NCBI GenBank assembly: GCA_038883775.1
Contig: JAVZLM010000003.1
Coordinates: forward strand, 116,397-180,396
From: Candidatus Bathyarchaeia archaeon
Lineage (GTDB): Archaea; Thermoproteota; Bathyarchaeia; Bathyarchaeales; Bathycorpusculaceae
Length of the DNA stretch: 64,000 nucleotides
Direction of reading: 5' to 3'
Below, one piece after another: positions 28,670 through 37,737 of the stretch (positions are counted from its first letter, which is position 1; each line of letters begins with the position of its first letter). The position numbers and the translations under genes are program-made. The notes under the pieces are model-generated. The model was not told the origin of the DNA and made no database searches. It worked only from the letters and a program-made list of their open reading frames with translations.

Positions 28670-31600
28670 ATTTTTTCACCTCCTTCTTTCATTTTTGGCT
28701 GGATCGGAACGGTTACCGTGAAGGTTGTGCCCTTTCCAAGATCACTTTTTACAGAAATTGAGCCGCCATGGGCTTCTACGAAACGTTTGCATATGGCTAA
28801 GCCAAAGCCCATTCCCTTGGCTTTTGTTGTGAAGAGGGGTGTCCACAGTTTCTCTAAAGTTTGCTTTGGCATGCCGACACCAGTGTCAGTGAAAACCATC
28901 TCCAAATTTTCGCCTACTGCTCTGCTTTTTATGGTTATTTTACCGCCTTTTGGCATAGCTTCAATAGCATTCCTAATCAAGTTTACAAAAACCCTCCTTA
29001 TCTTTTCAGTGTCAACCCTAATTTTAGGTTTGTTTTTTGTCAAATCCAATACTTGGACATTTTTCGGAATTTTCACAAGCCCTAAAGCCTCTTTCACCAA
29101 CGTCTTTGGAGTGCTTTCAGAAATTTCAAGCTCTATCTCCCTTGAATAATCCAAAAGGTCATTTATTATCTTGTTTGAGTAGGCTATGTTCCTTTCTATT
29201 AGGTCAAGCATGTCCCTAATCTTGTCATTAGCCTCTAGGCTTAAACGCTTCTTCAAATAATATTGCGCCCCAGCAATGCTTGTTAATGGATTGCGAAGGT
29301 CATGCCCCACCATGCCAGCCAATTCGCCAATAACAGCCAACCTTTGGGCTTTAAGCAGTTGTTCTTGAGACTTCTTCAGCTCACGAGTGCGTTCCTCAAC
29401 TTTTTGTTCAAGCTGTGAAGCATACATCTCAAGCTGTTTTCTAGCTTCTCTTAGGCTTTCAATGAGTTGGGCGTTTTCAATGATTATTGCAGCTTGGTGC
29501 AGGAAAAGCTCTAAGGGAACGAGAGATTCTCTTGTCGGTTTTCGACCATCCACTGGGTCGTCCATGCTTAGAATGCCAACAATCCTACCCTCTGGAGTGC
29601 GAAGTGGCGCATAAAGCATGTCCTGTGGGTGCCAGTCAACCATGTTATCCTCAGAAAGACGGCTTGGGACAGCATCTATGTGCTTTATTGCTTCTTCTGT
29701 TGGCATATCTGGTGGAACATGGAAGAAGTGCTCCCTAGCCCACGGATCCCTCCACGGTATGTAGTAGAATTCGCCAATCTTGTATTTCTCAAACTTTGGT
29801 CCCAGGCTTTCCTTCCAAACCTGTCCTGAAACTTTTCTCTCCTTAAGGAGTTTAATTTCTTCCCTTGTTAGGCCTACTGTAATAAGTTCTTTTCTTTCAA
29901 GGTTTTCGTCTACGCGGCCTATTACTACTCTTCTCCATCCAAAATTTTGTATGGTCTTCGCTATTATTTTCAGTTTTTGATGCATATTTTTGGCATGCAT
30001 GATTTCAGTTGAGCTTTTCATTAAATTGGTTATTTTTTTGGAGAGAATCATTAGTCTGTCACGTCTTTTTAGATTGCTTATGGCTGTGGCCGCATGCGAA
30101 GCCAACGTTTCTAATAGTTTCTCGTCTTCCTTATCAAATGCTGCAATTTTTTTACTCTCAACGTTTAAAACTCCTATAACATTCTTTCCCACTTTTATTG
30201 GAACCGCAAGTTCCGAACGTACTTTCTCTCCACCTCTAACGTAGGTTTTTTCCTTTCTGACATCTGGGACGATGACGGACCGCTTCGTTCTTGCTGCTCT
30301 GACGGTTATGCCTCTTTCTCCATCTAGGGGTAATTTAAGTGATGGAACTTTTGAGTATCCTCTGTAAGCTACCATGCAAAGCATTTTTCCCTTTACAATG
30401 AGAATGGAAGCGTACTCGAATCCTAACGTTTTTTCCATAGCATCTAAAGTTAGCTTGTAAATTTCATCCATACTTTTTGCCATATTTAGGTTTCTGCCAT
30501 ATTCATTTAATGCGGACAATATTTCTCGCCTTTTTAGGTTGCTTAGGGCTATAGCAGCATGAGAAGCCAATATTTCTAATAATTTCCTATCTTCTTTGTC
30601 AAAGGCTGAAAGCTTTCTGCTTTCAACATTCAAAACTCCTAAAACATTCTTTCCAACCTTTATTGGCACTGCAAGTTCTGATAGTACACCTTCTGAACCT
30701 TCGCCGATGAAAGCCTTTTCTTTTCTTACGTCTGGAACTAAAATGGACTTTTTGGTTCTTGCCGCCTTTACGGTTACACCTCTTTCTCCATCCAATGGCA
30801 GTTTTAATGACAGAACTTTTGAGTATCCCCTATGGGCTTTTAGGCAGAGCATTTTTCCTTCTATTATGAAGATGTCAGCGAATTCGAATCCCAATGTTTT
30901 TTCCATGGCATCCATTGTTAACTTATAAATTTCTTCCATGCTTTTTGCCATGTTCAAGCTTTGGCCGTACTTGTTAAGTGCGGAGAGTCTTTCTTCGAAA
31001 CGTTTTCTTTCATTTTCTATTTTTTTCTTTTCTGTTATGTCAAGCAACTGTGCTATGCTGCGTAGTTTGCCACTTTTATCCCGTATTACTGCAGCTTTAA
31101 TCTCAACGTTTCTTTTCTCGCCGTCTTTTCGAACTATCTTAAACTCATATCTTGGAGGGATGCACTCCCCCCTCCTTCTTCGAAGATATCTTTCTTCGAC
31201 AAGTTTTCTGCTTTCTTCGTCGAGGAAATTCCTAAAGTCTTGTCCAACAATTTCCTCTTTTGGATAACCACTTAAGGCGACAGCCTCATTGTTGGCGTAG
31301 ATTATCTTAAACTTTTCATCTATTAGGAGTATAGTATTGTGGGAGTTTTCAACAATGGAGCGGAAGAGTTCCTCGCTGTTTTTTAGGGCTTCCTCCATCT
31401 TCTTTTGTTCAGTGATGTCTATGGCTATTCCATACTTAACATACTTGTTTTCCAGCCACCTTATGGCTTTGCATGTTACCTTATACCACTTTTTGTTCTT
31501 TTGATCTTGGTAGTTACGAGTGTAGACTTTTCCAAGGTTTTCTCCGAGGACGTGCTTATTATTGCATGAAGGGCATGGCTGGTTTAGGTTTTCAAAAACC

Positions 31601-31788
31601 CTATAACATTTTTCGCCTACAATCTCCTGACCGAAAAGCTCTCTGGTTTTGCTATTGGCAAAAAGTACCTCAAACGTTTCTGGATCTATAACATAAACTG
31701 CTTCTTCCATTCCATCGCTAAGGGCGCTCAAACTTTCAAGAACATGTCTAAGCTTTTCTTTAGCGTCCTTTTTCATATCGTAACGCAT
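28621..31788 (-). CDS. Cytoplasmic PAS-PAS-GAF-GAF-GAF sensor histidine kinase
   Basis: GHDLRNPL H-box; N-box NLIRNAIEAM; DTGVG, PLFTTK, GMGFGL; PAS and GAF motifs upstream. Confidence 0.93.
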   Translation of the reverse strand: MRYDMKKDAKEKLRHVLESLSALSDGMEEAVYVIDPETFEVLFANSKTRELFGQEIVGEKCYRVFENLNQPCPSCNNKHVLGENLGKVYTRNYQDQKNKKWYKVTCKAIRWLENKYVKYGIAIDITEQKKMEEALKNSEELFRSIVENSHNTILLIDEKFKIIYANNEAVALSGYPKEEIVGQDFRNFLDEESRKLVEERYLRRRRGECIPPRYEFKIVRKDGEKRNVEIKAAVIRDKSGKLRSIAQLLDITEKKKIENERKRFEERLSALNKYGQSLNMAKSMEEIYKLTMDAMEKTLGFEFADIFIIEGKMLCLKAHRGYSKVLSLKLPLDGERGVTVKAARTKKSILVPDVRKEKAFIGEGSEGVLSELAVPIKVGKNVLGVLNVESRKLSAFDKEDRKLLEILASHAAIALSNLKRREILSALNEYGRNLNMAKSMDEIYKLTLDAMEKTLGFEYASILIVKGKMLCMVAYRGYSKVPSLKLPLDGERGITVRAARTKRSVIVPDVRKEKTYVRGGEKVRSELAVPIKVGKNVIGVLNVESKKIAAFDKEDEKLLETLASHAATAISNLKRRDRLMILSKKITNLMKSSTEIMHAKNMHQKLKIIAKTIQNFGWRRVVIGRVDENLERKELITVGLTREEIKLLKERKVSGQVWKESLGPKFEKYKIGEFYYIPWRDPWAREHFFHVPPDMPTEEAIKHIDAVPSRLSEDNMVDWHPQDMLYAPLRTPEGRIVGILSMDDPVDGRKPTRESLVPLELFLHQAAIIIENAQLIESLREARKQLEMYASQLEQKVEERTRELKKSQEQLLKAQRLAVIGELAGMVGHDLRNPLTSIAGAQYYLKKRLSLEANDKIRDMLDLIERNIAYSNKIINDLLDYSREIELEISESTPKTLVKEALGLVKIPKNVQVLDLTKNKPKIRVDTEKIRRVFVNLIRNAIEAMPKGGKITIKSRAVGENLEMVFTDTGVGMPKQTLEKLWTPLFTTKAKGMGFGLAICKRFVEAHGGSISVKSDLGKGTTFTVTVPIQPKMKEGGEKIWMKPLESSLLTTTKT
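30060..30990 (-). repeat. Tandem internal duplication of a GAF domain (two units of about 465 bp)
   Basis: LSALNKYGQSLNMAKSMEEIYKLT... versus LSALNEYGRNLNMAKSMDEIYKLT...; long near-identical stretches such as LKLPLDGERG and SELAVPIKVGKNV. Confidence 0.9.
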
Positions 31789-32105
31789 TCTCCTTTAACC
31801 ACTATTCGCTTCTTCAAATTGTCAACACATTGCAAAAAATCCAAGCCTTCCATTTCTTCAAATTTTAAGCCAAGCTTTTCGTAAAGTCGCTTCACAATAA
31901 GCATTTCAAGGTATGAGGCGCCAGGTCCAAAGATTCCTTCCAAGGCTTTTGTAAACTCTGTTAGGTTTGTTGGAATCTTTTCCCTTTTTAGGTTGAAGGA
32001 AGCCTCTAAATGGAAGAAAATAGCCTGTTTGGGAGAATCTCCCAAGAGGGATAGGCTCTCTTCAAGGGCTGATAAAAAGATTTTGCTAAAGTTATTTTGA
32101 GTCAA
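31773..32105 (-). CDS. DUF3227/NitrOD5-like small archaeal signalling-associated protein
   Basis: L..LG.S....I..HLE....IP..L.EF...LE.IFG.GA..LE.LI..LY.KLG pattern; paralog of the next gene. Confidence 0.7.
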   Translation of the reverse strand: MTQNNFSKIFLSALEESLSLLGDSPKQAIFFHLEASFNLKREKIPTNLTEFTKALEGIFGPGASYLEMLIVKRLYEKLGLKFEEMEGLDFLQCVDNLKKRIVVKGECVTI

Positions 32106-32211
32106 AGGGTTTTCCCTCGAGGGATGAATAGGTTTAAAAAGAGATTCATGATGCTTTGATAAAATATTTGTGAACTCTGAATCTGAATTTGAAACCCGAC
32201 AGCTTTTGTCA

Positions 32212-32544
32212 TTAAACTTTCTTTTTCTGGAAGCTCTCTTTTGCTGCAGTTACATAATCAAGAAACACGAGTTCTTTGCTTTCGTTCCATTTTAGTGGTT
32301 GCCCAATCTTCTCATACAACTTTTTCATTATTAGAATTTCTATAAAATGGGCACCTAAACCAAAAATTTTTTCGAGTCCATCCGTAAACTCTTCGAGACG
32401 ATTTGGAATTTCCTTTTTCGTTATTTTAAATTTGTCTTCAAGGTGATAATAAATTGCTTGTCTAACTGATTCTCCAAGGGAGGCTAAGGCTTCGTCTACG
32501 GCTTCTAGCAAAAGGGTTTCGAAGGCTTCTCTTTTCCTCTTCAA
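32212..32544 (-). CDS. DUF3227/NitrOD5-like small archaeal signalling-associated protein
   Basis: AVDEALASLGESVRQAIYYHLE...IP..LEEF..GLEKIFGLGA. Confidence 0.7.
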   Translation of the reverse strand: MKRKREAFETLLLEAVDEALASLGESVRQAIYYHLEDKFKITKKEIPNRLEEFTDGLEKIFGLGAHFIEILIMKKLYEKIGQPLKWNESKELVFLDYVTAAKESFQKKKV

Positions 32545-32683
32545 TGAGGGGGCTCCTTTTTGGAGAATATTTGTTAACGAGACTTATATGATAATAAAAG
32601 GATTTTTGATTTTTAAATTTAATTATTGATTTCGCTGATTTCGGGTTTAAATCTGATTCAAAATTGGAATTAGACAAAAATTT

Positions 32684-32866
32684 TTAAATTAATTGTTTGC
32701 CCAGCCTATGCATTCTTTCCGTTATGAGGCTTAGTTCTTTTGCATAGTCCATTAAAGCCATCCGTAAGGTTTCGCTTTCGCTTGTTCCAAGACGCCTTGC
32801 AAGTTCGGTTAGGATTTCTTTTTGTTCTTTGCTTAAGACAACTTTCACTATGCATTTTCTGGGCAT
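32684..32866 (-). CDS. Ribbon-helix-helix (CopG-like) regulator, divergent from the head genes
   Basis: VKVVLSKEQKEILTELARRLGTSESETLRMAL. Confidence 0.8.
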   Translation of the reverse strand: MPRKCIVKVVLSKEQKEILTELARRLGTSESETLRMALMDYAKELSLITERMHRLGKQLI

Positions 32867-32981
32867 CCAACCACTCCCTCAGCCCCTCCTGTTGGTGCTT
32901 TTGTGGGCGTTTTGGTTGTACAATTTGCCTTTTCATTTTCTTCGTATATTAGTTTGGTGTTAGTTGTGTGAGGTTTGCGAA

Positions 32982-34145
32982 ATGCCTTGGGAAATAACCG
33001 ACCAGTATATTCGCAGCGGACACCGCAACCCAGAAGAGTTTGAACAAAACAGTTTACGCACAATCACGCTTAGTGAGGATGATGGGATTAAGGCTGTTGT
33101 CGGCAAGCCGAAGGGCAACGAAGGGATGGCTGTTCAAAGCTACCTGTTTGAAATTGCCAAGGGCTGGACCCTTGAAAAAGCTAAGGCATGGTTTGAAAGA
33201 CATCAGAAAGGCGAGGACTCTTTCGCCATCAAGGTTTTGGAAAAAATCGTTGACAAACCATTAAAGATTCGCGGCATTGCGCTTAGGGCTGGCATGAGCC
33301 GAAACCTTAACATTTACACCCCTGAAGAGTTACAGGCCTTTGCTAAGAAGCTTGTTTCTGCGCCCGTTTATGTTGAGCATGTGACTGTTCCAAACGCTGT
33401 TGGAAAAATTGTTAAGGCTGAATGGGATGGCACCAACCTTTGGTATGAAGCCGAAATCTATGATGATGAGATAGCTGAGAAAATTCGCAAAGGCTTAATT
33501 GGGCATGTAAGCGTAGGCGCAGACTATGAAACCATAGACTTCGTGGATGGAAAAATTCCCCATGGTTTACACAATGCAGAACTAAGCCTTGTAGCTGTGC
33601 CAGGCGTTCCAGAAACAAACATCCAAATCATGGAAAAGCTAAAGCTTAAAGAACAAGAGTTCGAACCCATAATTTCCGGCGAGTATATCCTTGGCTTTTA
33701 TCAAGACGTTTCCGCTTTCTTGCCCGAACATTTTAGCACCGTGTGGCTTGACAAAGAAAATGGCATCCTAGCCCTAATCGGAAGATTACGGGCTGAGCCT
33801 GAAACTCGGAGGGTTCAGAGCATATTCTTCGCTAAAGAGAAGATGTGGAATATAAACAAGATTCGAGATTGGCTTCTTCTGCATCCACATTATATGGCTT
33901 CGGCGGGTACTTCAGCACCTCTACAGACTCCGCTGAAAGAGCCTAAAAATGAGGTTAAAGTTGCCGAAAGTCTCGTAAAAAATTCTAGGGCTATGATACC
34001 AGTAGAAGAAGCCATACGCATGATTCAGAACGTTTTGCCAAGCCCGATGGTGGAGCGAAGCTGGGGTTTGGGTCCGCAGAGGCTTTGCCAAGAACTCCGC
34101 GGTGTCATATTAAACCTTCGTAGGAGGGTGAAATCTGATGGTTAA
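32982..34145 (+). CDS. Prohead maturation protease (HK97/herpes assemblin fold) flanked by two copies of an accessory domain
   Basis: SRNLNIYT...VYVEH...VGKI, HVSVG, AELSLVAVPG catalytic motifs; position upstream of decoration and MCP genes. Confidence 0.8.
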   Translation: MPWEITDQYIRSGHRNPEEFEQNSLRTITLSEDDGIKAVVGKPKGNEGMAVQSYLFEIAKGWTLEKAKAWFERHQKGEDSFAIKVLEKIVDKPLKIRGIALRAGMSRNLNIYTPEELQAFAKKLVSAPVYVEHVTVPNAVGKIVKAEWDGTNLWYEAEIYDDEIAEKIRKGLIGHVSVGADYETIDFVDGKIPHGLHNAELSLVAVPGVPETNIQIMEKLKLKEQEFEPIISGEYILGFYQDVSAFLPEHFSTVWLDKENGILALIGRLRAEPETRRVQSIFFAKEKMWNINKIRDWLLLHPHYMASAGTSAPLQTPLKEPKNEVKVAESLVKNSRAMIPVEEAIRMIQNVLPSPMVERSWGLGPQRLCQELRGVILNLRRRVKSDG

Positions 34146-34219
34146 AAGTGGAAGTATAGTTTTTGGAGTAAGCCAGGATGAACTGGCTGAAACAAATATG
34201 GATTTGAGGAGTGATTTTT

Positions 34220-34651
34220 ATGGCAGATAACACTGGAAAAACTTGGATGAGCATTGGCGAAACAGACGACCCAAACGCCATAATCGAAACTTTCGTGGCT
34301 AACGCAGCCATAACCAAAGGCGACCCAGTTTACTTAAGCGCTGACGACAAGGTTAGCCCAGCCACAGCAGCCCAAGACTGCATTGGAATAGCCCTAAAAA
34401 GTGCTGCTCAAGGCGACCCTTGTCCAGTCTTGATTCGTGGAAGGGTTAAGGTGAAGGTTGGTGGAGCAGTAACTCGTGGAAAGGCAGTTTATGGCGCTGA
34501 CTCTTCAAAAAGAATTCTTCAACTAACAGACCAGTCCGTAAATGAGGGTGGAACAGCCCAATACACCATTTACTATGCCAGAAAATTGGGAGTAGCCCTT
34601 GAATCCGCTTCGGCTGCAGACGACCTAATCTTCATTTATGTGGAAAGGTGA
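34220..34651 (+). CDS. Capsid decoration/cement protein (DUF2190-like)
   Basis: A.AAITKGDPV...IGIALKSAA.GD...V...G...V..GGAVTRG; directly upstream of MCP. Confidence 0.75.
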   Translation: MADNTGKTWMSIGETDDPNAIIETFVANAAITKGDPVYLSADDKVSPATAAQDCIGIALKSAAQGDPCPVLIRGRVKVKVGGAVTRGKAVYGADSSKRILQLTDQSVNEGGTAQYTIYYARKLGVALESASAADDLIFIYVER

Positions 34652-34656
34652 TTGCT

Positions 34657-35610
34657 ATGCGACCAAAACTTTTTGAAAGCCTCATACACTCCGACCCAGA
34701 ATTTAGGCAGCTTATGGAAGAATTAAAGCATAAGGCGGTTACGCATCCCTTTCTCAAGCGTTACTGTGAAGTCGGCATTAAAGAACAGTTGTTCAGCGAC
34801 ATGACCGGCGCCTTGGGACGCATGCACGACACCCTTGTTGAAGCGGCAAACCCTGAAATGATAGGTAGAGAAATCATAACAGTTAAACCAACAACAGAAG
34901 CCATGGAGCGCTTTCCGCTTGATGAGAAGACTATTGCGTATCGTTATGCCGAAGGCGCCTATACCAGGCTTAGCGGCAAGAAAATCAGCACGGTTGACGT
35001 TTACACAAATATTATTGCTGAAGCCTCTGAAGAGTGGACGAGGGAGTTTTTGGAAGATGCCACATGGAACGTTATGGAAAGCATGACCGAAAAGGTTGGA
35101 AGAGCCCTGGGCGAGGCGGAAACAAACAAAATACTAGAATTGTACGGCTCTATTGCAAATGCGGATTTGGCTGGCGGAGCTCCCATAGACAATGGTGGAA
35201 ACGCCATAAACTGGTCCGGCGTGCTAAAACTTCATAACGCTGTTAGAGGCGAAAATTGGCGCCCAACAGTTTTAGCCGTTAACGAAATCCAATTGCACCA
35301 GCTTTTAAGCGACGACAAATTCATCCATGCCCAATACTTACCCTCAGAACAAGTGGACTTAGAGCGTGGCGTTATCGGCAGCGTCCTCGGAATGAAGGTT
35401 TTAGCCAGCACTTTGGTGCCTAACGGAACAGCCTACGCCATAGACACCCGTGTGGCTGCGGTTATGCTCTTGCGAAGAGACATAACCGTCGAAGACTGGG
35501 AAGACCCAAAAAGTGGCAAGTTCGGCGTTAGAGCAACAACACGATTCGGCTTAGGCGTCCTAAGAAGCAAGGCAGTTGCAAAAATGGTCAACATAAGCAC
35601 TTCGCTGTAA
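34657..35610 (+). CDS. Major capsid protein (HK97 fold)
   Basis: AEG, WTREFLEDA...VGRALGEAE, LAVN..QLHQLL.D, GSVLGMKVLAST.VP.GTAY, TRFGLGVLRSKAV. Confidence 0.88.
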   Translation: MRPKLFESLIHSDPEFRQLMEELKHKAVTHPFLKRYCEVGIKEQLFSDMTGALGRMHDTLVEAANPEMIGREIITVKPTTEAMERFPLDEKTIAYRYAEGAYTRLSGKKISTVDVYTNIIAEASEEWTREFLEDATWNVMESMTEKVGRALGEAETNKILELYGSIANADLAGGAPIDNGGNAINWSGVLKLHNAVRGENWRPTVLAVNEIQLHQLLSDDKFIHAQYLPSEQVDLERGVIGSVLGMKVLASTLVPNGTAYAIDTRVAAVMLLRRDITVEDWEDPKSGKFGVRATTRFGLGVLRSKAVAKMVNISTSL

Positions 35611-35638
35611 CCATAAAAGCGAATAAGGCTAGGTTAAA

Positions 35639-35893
35639 ATGTTAAAGTTTGAAGGCAAATGCCCTTCCTGCGGAAAAACGCATTATTCAAACCGCAAGGA
35701 TGACATTGTTGTCTGCGACTGCTATAGGCTTTGTCCATTATGCGGAGCTGAAATGGAGCCTTACCCTTCAGACTTAGCACCCAACACTTATGCGGCGGAT
35801 GGCAAAAGAGACTTAGCCATTCTAATGGTTTGTTCCCACCATTCTCCCCCATTTTTTAGCACCAGAAAACCTGTGGAGGTTGTTTGCACATGA
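35639..35893 (+). CDS. Cys-rich zinc-finger protein
   Basis: CPSCG...CDC...CPLCG...C..H. Confidence 0.7.
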   Translation: MLKFEGKCPSCGKTHYSNRKDDIVVCDCYRLCPLCGAEMEPYPSDLAPNTYAADGKRDLAILMVCSHHSPPFFSTRKPVEVVCT

Positions 35894-36132
35894 GAAATTT
35901 GCGGGATAGATTACATTTAGCCAAAACAGTATTAAAGGAGCTTAGTAGGCAGCCACTTTGCAGAACAGAGCTTGAGAAGAGAACTGTTAAAAAGTTTGGA
36001 ACCCACGCCACTTTTGAAGGCATATTCCACTATCTTGTTCAGAATGGTTATGTGCAGAAGAGCGAGCAGAAGCATCGGGCTCCTTACGTGATTACTGAGA
36101 AAGGTGTTAAACTTTTGGAGGGGTTGGAGTGA
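35890..36132 (+). CDS. Winged-helix DNA-binding protein
   Basis: L.EL..QPL.RTEL...FHYLVQNGYV.K...PYVITEKG; stop/start overlaps with both neighbours. Confidence 0.75.
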   Translation: MRNLRDRLHLAKTVLKELSRQPLCRTELEKRTVKKFGTHATFEGIFHYLVQNGYVQKSEQKHRAPYVITEKGVKLLEGLE

Positions 36133-37346
36133 ACAAAATTTTGAAGCGTCTAATTGAGGCTTTTTCACTTAAAGCCCGAAGCGGTTACACTTATCCGCAA
36201 TCATCAACTGTTTATGAAACTCCAAGCATACCGCTTAGCGACGTGATAAAGCTTTATGAGCGAGACCCCACATGTAAGGCAAGCGTTGACTTGTTGGCTG
36301 CATCCGCCGTTGGCATGGGCTTTTACACGACTGTTAATGAGGCGTATGAGCGGGCTGAAGAAGCGAAAAGGGTTGTGGACAAGTTTAACGAAAATGTTAA
36401 TTTGGATGCGCTTCTCTGCGACATGGCGCGAATCTTAATTGCTTGTGGAAACGAGTTTTGGCTTAAGATTACTCCTGAACGCCTAACGGAACTGCATAGG
36501 CTTCCAGTGGACGCTGTGGAACGCATTGAACAAACCTACATTCAAGATGGCGCATTAAGGCTTCCCTACAAGGTTGAAGGCTATAAGCTTAGGCAAAGTT
36601 ACGGCGGCGAAAGCCTAAAGCCCGAAGCCATAATCCACTGGAGAATAAACCATATTGGCTTTTCAAGTTTCGGAACAGGCGTCTTACAAGTGCTCTTGCA
36701 CTCGCTTACGTTTCAGTCTGATAGGCGTCCAGCCTATGCTTGGATGAAAGCAAAAATTGAGCGGATAATGCCAAAAATTTTTGAAAAGTATGCGGGACCA
36801 GACGTTTTGGCTCTGCTGGAAAGGGCGGACGAAGCAACAATCCAAAAGTTTGAGAAAGCCATAAAAAGCCGAGGCGAAGAAGGCGCCTGGCTTTTCTACA
36901 GCGGAAAAGGAGACATAAAACCGTTAACGCTTGACCCGAGAGCCCGCTTCGAATACTACATTGAGCACATAATAAACCAGTTCTATCTTGGCTGCGAAAC
37001 GCCACTACCACGCCTTTTCAGTACGCCGGGCTTTACTGAAGCCTCTGCCAAAGCAGCCCTAGACCTCCAAAGCATGCTCATCAAGCCTATTCAGCGATAC
37101 ATTAAGCGGCAAGTTGAACGCGAAATCTTTAACCCAGTTTTGGCTCAAGCCGGCTTAAACCCTGCTGAGGCGCAGGTTCGCTTAAACTGGGGAAGTGAGA
37201 AGGTGCCTGAAATTGTTATGGCTGACATGCTTAAGGCTGCAGAGTTGGGACTTATTCGTCAAGAAGAGTTTCGCAAGAACGCTGTGAAATTTGGTTGGCA
37301 GCTTTGGGAAATGCCTGAAACCTCCATGGAAAGCGCCACAAAATGA
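36129..37346 (+). CDS. Portal protein
   Basis: LYERDP..KASVD.LA...VG.GF, LI.CGNEF, LP...V, IIHWR.N...FGTG.L, IKPIQRYI..Q.EREIF. Confidence 0.82.
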   Translation: MNKILKRLIEAFSLKARSGYTYPQSSTVYETPSIPLSDVIKLYERDPTCKASVDLLAASAVGMGFYTTVNEAYERAEEAKRVVDKFNENVNLDALLCDMARILIACGNEFWLKITPERLTELHRLPVDAVERIEQTYIQDGALRLPYKVEGYKLRQSYGGESLKPEAIIHWRINHIGFSSFGTGVLQVLLHSLTFQSDRRPAYAWMKAKIERIMPKIFEKYAGPDVLALLERADEATIQKFEKAIKSRGEEGAWLFYSGKGDIKPLTLDPRARFEYYIEHIINQFYLGCETPLPRLFSTPGFTEASAKAALDLQSMLIKPIQRYIKRQVEREIFNPVLAQAGLNPAEAQVRLNWGSEKVPEIVMADMLKAAELGLIRQEEFRKNAVKFGWQLWEMPETSMESATK

Positions 37347-37441
37347 AGCTCTTTTTCTCCTTTCTCCTCACGGATTCAAATATCGTATGCGCTTTCTGGA
37401 GGCGGGAAACAAATTAAAAGCCTAAAAAGGGAGGTGAAAGA

Positions 37442-37681
37442 ATGAATGTGTTAAACATAGGCTTGGGAGTTTGCGCCGCCCTAATCTACGCTTTCTTGGG
37501 GTATGCAGCACAAGATAAACCATTCAATTGGAATAAGTTTCTGCGAACCGTTGCCATCGGCACATTTTCAGCCCTTGGGTTGGATATGACTGGATTGACC
37601 TTCGACGTTTACACAGCCTTGGTTGGTCCAACAGCCATAACGGTTTGGTTGCAGAAACTTGTTGACACCGCAAAGCCCTAA
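37442..37681 (+). CDS. Small membrane protein (holin-like candidate)
   Basis: 79 aa, 2-3 hydrophobic segments, strong GGAGGTGA RBS; F.W.KF.RT pattern. Confidence 0.55.
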   Translation: MNVLNIGLGVCAALIYAFLGYAAQDKPFNWNKFLRTVAIGTFSALGLDMTGLTFDVYTALVGPTAITVWLQKLVDTAKP

Positions 37682-37697
37682 CGGCCTCTTTTTTTTA
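37682..37697 (+). terminator. Oligo-T terminator candidate ending the head operon
   Basis: CTCTTTTTTTTT immediately after the stop of the 37442-37681 gene. Confidence 0.45.
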
Positions 37698-37737
37698 AAT
37701 TGGATTTCCGCAAGTTATAAAAGCTGAATCAAAGAAA

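Noticed and set aside
32100-33000. attL copy of the tRNA-Ile or tRNA-Arg 3' end at the left edge of the virion cluster
   Set aside because: Only loose resemblances (e.g. GGGTTTAAATCT near 32643). No convincing direct repeat of either tRNA was found by eye; a self-alignment is needed to exclude short att cores.
34657-35610. Encapsulin interpretation of the HK97-fold protein
   Set aside because: Portal, terminase, protease and tail genes accompany it, so it is a virion capsid.
37347-37441. Anti-Shine-Dalgarno structure controlling the holin-like gene
   Set aside because: The pyrimidine tract CTCCTTTCTCCTCA pairs only weakly with the RBS and could equally be a terminator; not supportable without folding and covariation data.
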